The position numbers and the translations under genes were made by a program. From Methanobacterium sp. (GTDB taxonomy: Archaea; Methanobacteriota; Methanobacteria; Methanobacteriales; Methanobacteriaceae), in assembly GCA_021372715.1 (NCBI GenBank), contig JAJFTX010000045.1, forward strand, positions 1 to 59,784: a stretch of 59,784 nucleotides of DNA, in the 5' to 3' direction. The notes beneath the pieces are model-generated. The model worked only from the letters and a program-made list of their open reading frames with translations, searched no databases and was not told the origin of the DNA. Positions 50,548 through 58,989 of this stretch are shown here, in pieces. Within the stretch, counting starts at the first letter, position 1, and every line of letters begins with the position of its first letter.

Positions 50548-50649
50548 AGATTTATTGCCTCAGAGGGGGGAAATTTTTTTTCTTTTGCATAAAATTTTTC
50601 GATAAGTTAAACTAGAATGAAAACAACATAATAATTGATAGAAATTTTA

Positions 50650-50720
50650 GGGGGACATCTTAACAATCTAATGATACATTTGAGCGAAAATGTGATGATA
50701 TGGGTTGTATGATGTCCCCC
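50650..50720 (-). other. Perfect 10-bp inverted repeat (GGGGGACATC ... GATGTCCCCC, 51-nt loop) in the hcgD-hcgE spacer
   Basis: Read directly: 50650-50659 and 50711-50720 are exact reverse complements. G/C-rich arms in an AT-rich spacer. Confidence 0.5.
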
Positions 50721-50738
50721 AAATTTTCATCTATTTTC

Positions 50739-50780
50739 ATTTTGAGGTAGTTGGCGGAAGAAGTAAACTATCCTCAAAAT
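50739..50780 (-). other. Perfect 9-bp inverted repeat (ATTTTGAGG ... CCTCAAAAT, 24-nt loop) next to the first hairpin
   Basis: 50739-50747 and 50772-50780 are exact reverse complements. Lies downstream (minus strand) of a TTTATATAAG TATA-like box at about 50796-50805. Confidence 0.45.
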
Positions 50781-50819
50781 AAAGGGGGCGCATCTTATAT
50801 AAATACTTTTTTATAAATT

Positions 50820-50828
50820 AGTATTACT
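50820..50828. promoter_or_regulatory. AGTAWTACT palindrome copy 6 (hcgD-hcgE spacer, next to the TATA boxes of a probable hcgEF promoter)
   Basis: Minus strand reads CTAAAAGTAATACTAATTTATAAAAAAGTATTTATATAAG. Confidence 0.4.
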
Positions 50829-50980
50829 TTTAGCTGTTTATACGGTGTTTTGTATTAAACGTAAATGATTATTAAAGGTCATTGGGGGCATAATGAAATA
50901 TTATATTTGTATATGCTCCTTATTTTGAAATATGGGGAACGATTAACTGATTTGTAATTAAAAAATTTGAAATAATTATA

Positions 50981-51694
50981 TCATATTTTAACGGTCTTCC
51001 AGGGTGTTCCTTCATTGGTTAGAAGCGTTTCAACTCCAAATTCATTAATGAGTTCACCTAATTTTATTAACCCCGGAATTTCAGTTGCATAATGTGTGGC
51101 GTCAACCACACTAACCCCTAATTTCCTGGCAAACATAGCAGTTTGATGATTCAAGTCTCCGGATAAGAATAAATCCACGGGATAATCATGGGCTAATTTT
51201 ATATATTCAGGATTTTTTAAACCAAAACCCGAAACTATAGCCACTTTTTCGATTATTACTTGCGAATTGCAATTTATCATGTTAATATAATCAGTGGGTA
51301 GTGAATTAGAAACTCTATTAATTAAATCTTCAAAGGTGATTGATGTGGAACAGATCCTACCAATACCTGTTTCTACATCGAAAACATCCGTAACTCGCAG
51401 TTTTAAGCATTCAGCAAGGGCATCATTTGCCCCTCCTTTTACAATATCCCAGTGGGAGTGAATCACATAAACTGGGAATTCTGGTTCAAAGAGTGGGGGA
51501 TGATGGATGATTAACAGGTCAGCCCCTAATTTTGAGGGATCATAATTTGGTAAGAGGTCTAATGAAACCTGAACCTTGTTTACTTCCATTCTATCAGGAT
51601 CCAAATCACCTAAATATCCTATCTTATCATTTTTAAGGGCTAAATGAGGTGGAACTTTTTTCTCAATTAATTTGAAGAGTTTAGAGGCTAACAT
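50981..51694 (-). CDS. hcgD: HcgD, NIF3-family protein (iron-trafficking role in FeGP-cofactor biosynthesis)
   Basis: 237 aa. NIF3/GTP cyclohydrolase I type 2 family motifs (HHPP, ATHYATE). Overlaps the end of hcgC. Confidence 0.78.
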   Translation of the reverse strand: MLASKLFKLIEKKVPPHLALKNDKIGYLGDLDPDRMEVNKVQVSLDLLPNYDPSKLGADLLIIHHPPLFEPEFPVYVIHSHWDIVKGGANDALAECLKLRVTDVFDVETGIGRICSTSITFEDLINRVSNSLPTDYINMINCNSQVIIEKVAIVSGFGLKNPEYIKLAHDYPVDLFLSGDLNHQTAMFARKLGVSVVDATHYATEIPGLIKLGELINEFGVETLLTNEGTPWKTVKI

Positions 51695-52451
51695 TTTCTA
51701 CTTGGGAATCTAGTTTTTCCATATATTTATTTATTATTTCGTCACAGGAAAACGGTTCCAGGGTTGAAACTGTAATTGCAGGCTTTTTTAGAAGATCTAA
51801 AAATTTATCAACATTTTTTTCCTTAAATAATATGCCTTCATAGAATTCCATACCGGCCACCCCATATAGGGCTCCGGGGGTTTTTAAAGCATCTGTAAGG
51901 CTTTTACTTAAAATTTCCATGGTGATGGTCATGGTGCCAGATGTTTTAAAGTTCAGGCCATGAGTCCTTAAAATGCCTTTGTAATGAGCAGTTGCTGATT
52001 TCAGCCTATCCATTATGTTATTCTTTCCTTTTATCAGTTCATCACTCCCATCTGATGTGGGATCTTCCACTAAGAATATATTTGCATTAATAAGTTCGGC
52101 CATTTCTGGTGCTAAACCACCAAGACCAGTGGTGTCTATTACCAGATCAGCATCTTCGATTACCCTAATATCTTGGGAAAATTTAACATCCTTCCCTAAC
52201 ATATTTTCAAGATGAGGATAGATATCAACCAGGGTGACATTTGATGTCTTTTTTAACTCTTTGGAAAATCCTGAACCGGTGAGATAAGCGCCTACTATGA
52301 CGGTATTTTCAATATCAACATTTAATGACTTAATCCAAGTGGAAGTAGCATAGTATTTTTTTTTAATTATTTTATCCATCAGAGCTTTAACTTTTATCTG
52401 AGATGTGATGGTGAAGACTTCTGATGTAATTCCTTTCTGATAATTATTCAT
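51681..52451 (-). CDS. hcgC: HcgC, SAM-dependent pyridinol methyltransferase of FeGP-cofactor biosynthesis
   Basis: 256 aa, Rossmann-like. Position between hcgB and hcgD, with overlapping start/stop codons at both ends. Confidence 0.68.
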   Translation of the reverse strand: MNNYQKGITSEVFTITSQIKVKALMDKIIKKKYYATSTWIKSLNVDIENTVIVGAYLTGSGFSKELKKTSNVTLVDIYPHLENMLGKDVKFSQDIRVIEDADLVIDTTGLGGLAPEMAELINANIFLVEDPTSDGSDELIKGKNNIMDRLKSATAHYKGILRTHGLNFKTSGTMTITMEILSKSLTDALKTPGALYGVAGMEFYEGILFKEKNVDKFLDLLKKPAITVSTLEPFSCDEIINKYMEKLDSQVENVSL

Positions 52452-52951
52452 TTTATCATCTTTAACCCGATTCTATATAGGGCTTGTTTTGTTTCTTCAG
52501 CTACAGCTATTTTTAAATCTTTTCCATGCACCACATGGGAGGGTGAAGTGGTGGCGGTGAGTATTCTCCCCTTATAATCAATTATTACTAGCATGGAACC
52601 TGAGCCAGGAATACCCAGTCGGCCCCGAGCAAACACCACATCACATTCGCTTTGATCAAGTGCCATAATCGCCTTGTTAATTGCGGGCATTCGATTTAAA
52701 TCTGCGGTATTGGTGTTTATTGATAATTGTTCCGCTTCAGAAAGCCCGAATTTCTTAAATACCTGATTTATTATTTTTACCTTACTGCTATTTCTGGTGG
52801 GTATTATAATTTTTTTAGCAGATTTCAAATATTCCTGTATAAAACCTATCTCTTCTTCAGTATCGCCATTTCTAGTTCCATTGATGGATTGTTCATCGGC
52901 TTTTTTAATAATCTTTTCCAATTTCATTTTTTCCCTTGAATTAAAGTTCAA
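52448..52951 (-). CDS. hcgB: HcgB, pyridinol guanylyltransferase of FeGP-cofactor biosynthesis
   Basis: 167 aa. Size and position (directly after hcgA, overlapping hcgC) match the canonical hcgABC arrangement. Confidence 0.68.
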   Translation of the reverse strand: MNFNSREKMKLEKIIKKADEQSINGTRNGDTEEEIGFIQEYLKSAKKIIIPTRNSSKVKIINQVFKKFGLSEAEQLSINTNTADLNRMPAINKAIMALDQSECDVVFARGRLGIPGSGSMLVIIDYKGRILTATTSPSHVVHGKDLKIAVAEETKQALYRIGLKMIK

Positions 52952-53008
52952 TTATCCTTTAATTAATTCTAGTTCGATTATCCTATCTGATTGTAGTTTA
53001 ATTTCATC

Positions 53009-54031
53009 CTATGATTCTAGTTTAAGTCCCAGTTCATGAACTGCTCCAACAACATCTTTAAGATTCCCATAAGATGGAGATCCAACTCCTTTAACATCAG
53101 CAGGGTAATCTTCAGGAATTACTGTAGCTAAATTATCAGCTCCTGCAATTAATGAGTATTTAATATTTCTGGGTCCGATAGTAGGGGTGGGAACAGTTAT
53201 TCTTACTTGGGGGAACATCAATCTGGTTATGGCAATGGTTTTCACCTGTTCTGTTAGAGGACAGGGAGGGTGATCTTCCATAGGGGTGTTTTTATAGGGG
53301 TTGAATCCCATTATGGGAATTTCACCTAAATTTTGGAATTTTTTAAGAAATAGAAGATGATTAACCCGGTCCTGGTAAGACTCGCCTAAACCGATCAGTA
53401 ATCCTGATGAAAGTTCAATTCCCAGATTAGATATTTTTCTACAGATTTTAATTCTATCTTTAAGTTTTTCACCGGGTTTAAGTTCACAAAACAGATTTTT
53501 ATTTACAGTTTCTAAATTACAGCATATGGTATCAGTGTTATATTTATAAAGCTCTTTTAATGTGGTCATATTTAGATCTGCACCTACATTTACAAGAAGT
53601 TCCAGTGAGGTGTTTTCTTTAACAATTTTTGCAGCATTAACGGCTTGAAATCCATTATAACCATGTGCTCCTGAGCAACTTACCCGGGGGATGTCTGATT
53701 TTTCCACGCATTTAACTGCATCCAATATTTCCTGGTCTTCTTTAAAAAATGGATCATAGTATCCATCTAAAGAAGTTCTAGCTGCAAATCCACAGTATTT
53801 ACATTTAGGGGTAATTTGACAGATGTTGGTCAGGTGTACAGTTGAAGTGAGTTTAATAGTATTATTTTTAGAATTTCTTACCTGTGATGCGGTTTGTAAT
53901 AAATCCAGAAAATCATCTGCATATTTAATTTTAAATAATTGTAATAGATCATTTTTATCCAGTATAGGGTTCTTTTTAGCTTTTTTTAAGATATTTCTTA
54001 TCAATTTGACACCAGTAAAGATTTTTAGCAT
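53009..54031 (-). CDS. hcgA: HcgA, BioB/ThiH/HydE-like radical SAM enzyme of FeGP-cofactor biosynthesis
   Basis: 340 aa. Atypical Cx5Cx2C cluster motif CQITPKCKYC (nt 53792-53821), which is the HcgA hallmark. Immediately downstream of hmd. Confidence 0.85.
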   Translation of the reverse strand: MLKIFTGVKLIRNILKKAKKNPILDKNDLLQLFKIKYADDFLDLLQTASQVRNSKNNTIKLTSTVHLTNICQITPKCKYCGFAARTSLDGYYDPFFKEDQEILDAVKCVEKSDIPRVSCSGAHGYNGFQAVNAAKIVKENTSLELLVNVGADLNMTTLKELYKYNTDTICCNLETVNKNLFCELKPGEKLKDRIKICRKISNLGIELSSGLLIGLGESYQDRVNHLLFLKKFQNLGEIPIMGFNPYKNTPMEDHPPCPLTEQVKTIAITRLMFPQVRITVPTPTIGPRNIKYSLIAGADNLATVIPEDYPADVKGVGSPSYGNLKDVVGAVHELGLKLES

Positions 54032-54085
54032 TAGAAAAGCGTCATTAATGGGGAAATAAAAAAAAATAAAATTTGTTTAATTTTT

Positions 54086-55141
54086 TTATATATTGCAGGT
54101 GGGGCCTTTTCCTTTCCTCGTTTCCAGTACTTCTAAGACTGATGGGAGCATATCTGCAGCCGCCCCAAAGTTCATGGAATCTGCTGTTCCTAGCAGGGCT
54201 CCTGGGTCTAGTTTTTCTTCCATATGGTCAATTCCCACATTATTCATCAGATCTGTTACCTGTGATAGTGATTCTTTCGCCATCATCTGGGCGAAACCTG
54301 CTGGAGCTCCTAAAACATTCATAACAGAGTCTCGGTAGCGGAGTATTCCTGCATATGTTATTGCAGTCAGTGCAGAGCACATATCACAGACAGGACCTAG
54401 TAATTCAGCGGGTAATTTGTAGGCGTTTCCCCGAGCTGCAACACCCCAATCCACCAGGTTACATATGGCATCTTCGGAGGCGTAACCTTCGGCAACATAT
54501 ACTTGTCCCTTCATTTCAGGTACTGCACCGGGATGATAAGATGAGACATTGAATTTTGGTGCAATATTCATCTCATCACTGCTGATGTCCTCAAATATTT
54601 TCTGGAACATGGTGGTGGGTACTGTACATGCATGGGTTAAAATAGCACCTTCTTTAAGGTTGTCGGCAAATTTTTCGATTATACCTAACTGCATGTCGCC
54701 TTTGGGTAACCAGGTCATTACCCAATCAGCATCCTGAACAGCTTCGTTATCATCGGTGGTGATTTCGAAACCTAAATCTTCAGGGTGGGTGAAATGAATT
54801 GCACCTTCTGGTGGTTTAGGAAGGTCTTTAGCCACTGTATTGACTTTTTCTCGGATCTGTGGCATTATGCTTTCCGGGTTATCTTTATGGGCTTCAATCA
54901 CTGCCTCATATTCAAAATCGTCTATGACTTTAAAGTCATTGTCGAATGAAGGGTCAGCTACTACAATTTCATCCACTCCGGCTAATTCTTTCAATTCTGC
55001 ACCCATTGTAATGGTGGAATGGGTCATAGCTATTTCTGGTTTACCTACTTGTTCTGCTACTTCACAGGCTCGGCTGAAGTTGGTTATCCCACTGGCTGCG
55101 TGAGTACGATAACATCCAGCGCCTAATATTGCAAGTTTCAT
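54086..55141 (-). CDS. hmd: [Fe]-hydrogenase, H2-forming methylenetetrahydromethanopterin dehydrogenase
   Basis: MKLAILGAGCYRTHAASGITNFSRACE N-terminus and the iron-ligating Cys context THACTVP. Start at 55141 with a GGAGTGAT ribosome-binding site. The track start at 55162 (GTG) includes that site. Confidence 0.93.
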   Translation of the reverse strand: MKLAILGAGCYRTHAASGITNFSRACEVAEQVGKPEIAMTHSTITMGAELKELAGVDEIVVADPSFDNDFKVIDDFEYEAVIEAHKDNPESIMPQIREKVNTVAKDLPKPPEGAIHFTHPEDLGFEITTDDNEAVQDADWVMTWLPKGDMQLGIIEKFADNLKEGAILTHACTVPTTMFQKIFEDISSDEMNIAPKFNVSSYHPGAVPEMKGQVYVAEGYASEDAICNLVDWGVAARGNAYKLPAELLGPVCDMCSALTAITYAGILRYRDSVMNVLGAPAGFAQMMAKESLSQVTDLMNNVGIDHMEEKLDPGALLGTADSMNFGAAADMLPSVLEVLETRKGKGPTCNI

Positions 55142-55167
55142 ACTATCACTCCTTTTTTTCACTAAAT

Positions 55168-55176
55168 AGTAATACT
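55168..55176. promoter_or_regulatory. AGTAWTACT palindrome copy 7 (hmd promoter/leader, 27-35 nt upstream of the ATG)
   Basis: Part of the 14-mer AGTAATACTACTTA (55168-55181), identical to 55687-55700. Confidence 0.45.
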
Positions 55177-55686
55177 ACTTATTTATTTTGTAGTACAAAA
55201 TTTAGATGATCAAAATGTAATATAAATGTTTTGATTGATATTACTATTTGGCATATAAATTAAAAAAATGTAATAAAGTGCAGAATAAAATAAAAACATA
55301 GTAAAAAGAAGTAAATAAAAATATTTATTCATTCTATCTTTTAATAATTAAATAAAACTCAATATTTACGGATAAAATTCATTAATAAAATGTATATCAC
55401 TAATATAAATAACAAAAGTAATAATTTATATAAAAGTAATATTATTTTTTTTCCTGAACAAATTATTATATAACTATTATTAAACCTCCTTTTCTGTTAT
55501 TCTCTTTTTATAACATCTTTGAGCATATTAGTTCATTATTAACTATTTAAAAAATAGGGGATATAAGGGGGTTTTAATCATCAAAAGCACATTTAATTCT
55601 TTAAATATGGTATTTTCCTGATATTTGCTTATTTAAATTTGTAAAAAAAGTTTTAAAGAGGTTTTATTTATCCAAACGTTTATTAC

Positions 55687-55695
55687 AGTAATACT
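55687..55695. promoter_or_regulatory. AGTAWTACT palindrome copy 8 (promoter of the 55728 / fdh-like operon)
   Basis: Overlaps a second perfect palindrome TATTACAGTAATA (55681-55693) and follows a TTTATTA TATA-like box. 33-41 nt upstream of the ATG. Confidence 0.45.
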
Positions 55696-55727
55696 ACTTA
55701 AGGATTTATTAATCATCTGGAGGTAAT

Positions 55728-56114
55728 ATGAATATGGTAATTAATAATACAAATTTGAATGTTTATATAGGTGAAATAAAGATGATTAGGCCGGGAATTC
55801 CTTTTGGAACGGGTGTGCACAATTTAAATGTTGATTGGAATATTGAATACACAAAAAAAGAGGATGAAATCATCGAATATATCTGCACAATTACCACAAT
55901 AGGTGATATACCGATTAAATTTGCCATTCATGGCTATTTAGATAGTGAAAATCCTGTAAAAAATATAGAAGAAAGATATAATGAAATATCACCTCTGATC
56001 CTTGACCGGTGTACCGAAACAATGATCAATATATTAAATTCAACCAAAACCACTACAGTAACCATTAAAACAGTTCCAGAGGTTTATTTAAGCTGTGTTT
56101 CTGGAGAATTATGA
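55728..56114 (+). CDS. Hypothetical protein (128 aa), first gene of the fdh-like operon
   Basis: GGAGGT ribosome-binding site 4 nt before the ATG. No recognisable motif. Confidence 0.5.
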   Translation: MNMVINNTNLNVYIGEIKMIRPGIPFGTGVHNLNVDWNIEYTKKEDEIIEYICTITTIGDIPIKFAIHGYLDSENPVKNIEERYNEISPLILDRCTETMINILNSTKTTTVTIKTVPEVYLSCVSGEL

Positions 56115-56186
56115 ATATTATACAATTAAGAAAAGAATATAAAGACTTTAATTCTTTTTTTAAAAAAATATGAAGGTGTATAAAAT

Positions 56187-57290
56187 ATGATGAAAGTTGC
56201 CCATAGCATCTGCCCGTCCTGTAGTGTGGGATGTGGTGTGAACCTGATAATTAAAGACAACGAAGCAGTAGGGACCTACCCCTATAAAAGACATCCTGTA
56301 AATGAAGGAAAAACCTGTAGAAAGGGACGTGAATGTTTTAAAATAATGACAGAAAACCGTTTGAAGGAACCTCTCATAAAAGAAGATGGACTTAAACTTT
56401 CTAATTGGGAAGATGCCCTAGACACCGTGGCTTCTCAAATTAAATCCTATCCTTCCCATGAAATAGGGATTCTCGTCTCCGGGAATTATACCAACCAGGA
56501 ATATGAAACCTTAAAGAAATTCGCTGATGCTCTGGGAATCCGAAATATCGGATGCCATACCGGAAGTGTTCCATCATCTAATCTGGAGACAGTTGCCCTT
56601 GATGATGTGGAGAAATCTGAATTTATACTGATCATAGGGGATGTCATAAAGAAATATCCGCTTCTGGGTAGGAGGGTTATACTGGCCCAGGAAAATGGTG
56701 CAGAAATACTTGCAGTTGATGAGCCCGATAAAACCCTGACTGGAATAAACTCCCAAGAGTACATTCAAGTTGAATCCGCATCATCAATAATAGATGAAGT
56801 TGATGATATAATCCTGGAGAAGTTAAGTCCACAGTCAACAGTTTTAATTAGCAATTTAGAAAGTGAAGATGATTTTGAAAAAATCGTAAAATTCTTCGAA
56901 CAGTCCGATGCGAAGATCATCCCTGTTTTCCAGGATTGTAACAGCAGAGGAGCTGTGAATATTCTACCTGTTTTAAGTTCAGATGATATGAAAGGCATGC
57001 TTGAAAGGGTAAAATTATTGTATATTCTGGGTGATGATCCAGCCCCTCATATGATGGAATCCATAAAAAACCTTGATTTTATAATTAGCCAGGGCTATCT
57101 AATTAATAAAACCACCTCAATCTCTGACGTGGTACTTCCCGGCTCCTGCTGGGCTGAAAAAACAGGATCCTTTACTAATACCACTGGAGAGACACAGGAA
57201 ATTTCAAAAATAGTAGATGCCCCCGGTGCGGCTCTGGATGACCAGATAATAATTAAAAAGATTGCAGAGAAAATAGGACTTGATTTATAA
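56187..57290 (+). CDS. Molybdopterin-oxidoreductase (MopB) family protein, FdhA-like short form
   Basis: N-terminal CxxCxxxC...C 4Fe-4S motif (CPSCSVGCGV...C). 367 aa is about half the length of a catalytic FdhA, and the C-terminal MGD-capping domain is missing. Confidence 0.65.
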   Translation: MMKVAHSICPSCSVGCGVNLIIKDNEAVGTYPYKRHPVNEGKTCRKGRECFKIMTENRLKEPLIKEDGLKLSNWEDALDTVASQIKSYPSHEIGILVSGNYTNQEYETLKKFADALGIRNIGCHTGSVPSSNLETVALDDVEKSEFILIIGDVIKKYPLLGRRVILAQENGAEILAVDEPDKTLTGINSQEYIQVESASSIIDEVDDIILEKLSPQSTVLISNLESEDDFEKIVKFFEQSDAKIIPVFQDCNSRGAVNILPVLSSDDMKGMLERVKLLYILGDDPAPHMMESIKNLDFIISQGYLINKTTSISDVVLPGSCWAEKTGSFTNTTGETQEISKIVDAPGAALDDQIIIKKIAEKIGLDL

Positions 57291-57301
57291 GGTGATAAAA
57301 G

Positions 57302-58450
57302 ATGGAAACACAATTTTTACTAGCTAAAGCAAAAGATAAAGAACTAGCTAAAAGGGGTGAATGTGGGGGTGCTATAAGTGCTTTATTTAAATATCTGTTA
57401 GATCAGGGTTTGGTTGATGGTGTTTTAAATTTAAGACAGGGAGTTGACATATACGACGGTATCCCCACTCTGGTTGAAGATTCAGAGGATCTTATGGAAA
57501 CATGCGGCTCCCTCCACTGCGCACCGACCATGTTCGGTGACCTGATAAGTAATTATTTAAGTGACATGCGATTAGCGGTTAGCGTGAAACCCTGCGATGC
57601 CATGGCCATTAGGGAACTGGAAAAAAGGCATCAGATTAATGAAGACAACCTTTTCAAAATAGGTCTCAACTGTGGGGGGGTGGTAATGCCCCTAATCGCC
57701 CAGAAAATGATAGATATTTTTTACGAAGTCGATCCTGATGATGTAGTTAAGGAGGAAATCGATAAGGGAAAGTTTATAATTAAACTTAAAGACGGGTCCC
57801 ATAAATCCGTGGAAATCGATGAACTGGAGGATCAAGGATTCGGAAGACGTATTAACTGCCAGAGATGTGAGTTAAAGGTACCACGAAATGCTGATCTGGC
57901 CGGGGGTAACTGGGGTGCTGAACCAGGATGGACCTTCATAGAAGTACTTACAGACAAAGGTAAAAAACTCGTGAAGGACGCTAAAAAAAGCGGATATATA
58001 GAAGTTAAAATCCCTTCAGAGAAGGCCATAGGTATGAGAGAGAAGATTGAAAATGTTATGATAAAATTAGCCCATAAATTCCAGGATAAATATCTGGAGG
58101 AAAATTATCCTGATACTGAAAACTGGGATGAATACTGGAACCGGTGCATCAAATGTTATGCCTGCCGGGATGCCTGTGCCTTATGTTTCTGTAAGGAGTG
58201 CGATCTTGAAAAAGACTTTTACAACGATGAAAATGAAGTGGTGCCGGATCCCCTTACTTTTCAGGGAATAAGGATGTCCCATGCATGTTTCAGTTGCGTT
58301 AATTGTGGTCAGTGCGAAGATGTGTGTCCCATGGAAATTCCATTGGCTGTTATTTTCCACAAGATGCAGAAAAGATACAGAGATAAAACTGGCTTCATAG
58401 CAGGTGTAAGTGAAGAGTTGCCACCGCTATACAGTCCGGAAAAAAGTTAA
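57302..58450 (+). CDS. FdhB/FrhB family protein (coenzyme F420 hydrogenase/dehydrogenase beta subunit-like) with two C-terminal [4Fe-4S] motifs
   Basis: N-terminal GECGGAISALFKYLL and the FrhB core. CIKCYACRDAC and CVNCGQCEDVCP ferredoxin motifs. Confidence 0.78.
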   Translation: METQFLLAKAKDKELAKRGECGGAISALFKYLLDQGLVDGVLNLRQGVDIYDGIPTLVEDSEDLMETCGSLHCAPTMFGDLISNYLSDMRLAVSVKPCDAMAIRELEKRHQINEDNLFKIGLNCGGVVMPLIAQKMIDIFYEVDPDDVVKEEIDKGKFIIKLKDGSHKSVEIDELEDQGFGRRINCQRCELKVPRNADLAGGNWGAEPGWTFIEVLTDKGKKLVKDAKKSGYIEVKIPSEKAIGMREKIENVMIKLAHKFQDKYLEENYPDTENWDEYWNRCIKCYACRDACALCFCKECDLEKDFYNDENEVVPDPLTFQGIRMSHACFSCVNCGQCEDVCPMEIPLAVIFHKMQKRYRDKTGFIAGVSEELPPLYSPEKS

Positions 58451-58482
58451 ATAACAGGCAAGTATGAGGAAAGAGGAAATTA

Positions 58483-58944
58483 ATGGTGAAAGAAATGTCT
58501 GATGAAAAAACAAAAATATTGGGATTCTGTTGCAACTGGTGTTGCTATGGAGGTGCAGATACTGCGGGCACTGCCCGTATGCAGTACCCTCCAAATGTTA
58601 GAATTTTAAGAGTGATGTGTTCTGGTAGGATCAACCCATCGATGGTATTTAAAGCCTTTAAAGAAGGGGCTGACGGTGTTTTTGTGGGCGGTTGTCATAG
58701 GGGTGACTGTCATTACGATGCAGGTAACTATAAATGGAATAGAAGGGCTGAATTAATCAAGGATATTCTGCTTGAATTTGGAATCCCAGAAGAGAGGTTT
58801 AGATTTGAATGGATCTCAGCTTCTGAGGGTGAAAAATTCCAGAAAACCATGGAAGAGTTCACGAAAACCATAGAATCAATGGGTCCACTTCAAAGGACTT
58901 TTCCAATATGTTCGGTAAAGCAACAAGGAATTAAGGCCAAATAA
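58483..58944 (+). CDS. mvhD: MvhD-type hydrogenase iron-sulfur (delta) subunit
   Basis: 153 aa. [15 protein letters not shown]...RVMCSGR...GGCHxGDCHY is the MvhD/FlpD signature. Confidence 0.88.
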   Translation: MVKEMSDEKTKILGFCCNWCCYGGADTAGTARMQYPPNVRILRVMCSGRINPSMVFKAFKEGADGVFVGGCHRGDCHYDAGNYKWNRRAELIKDILLEFGIPEERFRFEWISASEGEKFQKTMEEFTKTIESMGPLQRTFPICSVKQQGIKAK

Positions 58945-58989
58945 AATCGTTATTAAACTTTAAAATTTAACAGTACAGGGTGAAAATTT

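Noticed and set aside
50692-50698. Possible C/D-box sRNA in the hcgD-hcgE spacer (GTGATGA C-box-like heptamer)
   Set aside because: No CTGA D box within a plausible distance on the same strand, and no terminal stem pairing the ends.
54073-55103. Several plus-strand ORFs across the hmd gene
   Set aside because: Antisense to the unmistakable Hmd coding sequence; shadow ORFs.
55168-55700. The two identical direct 14-mers as target-site duplications of an inserted MITE-like element
   Set aside because: The sequence just inside the repeats shows no terminal inverted repeats (TTTATTTTGTAGTAC versus GTAATAAACGTTTGG), and there is no transposase. Both copies sit at promoter positions, so an operator explanation is preferred.
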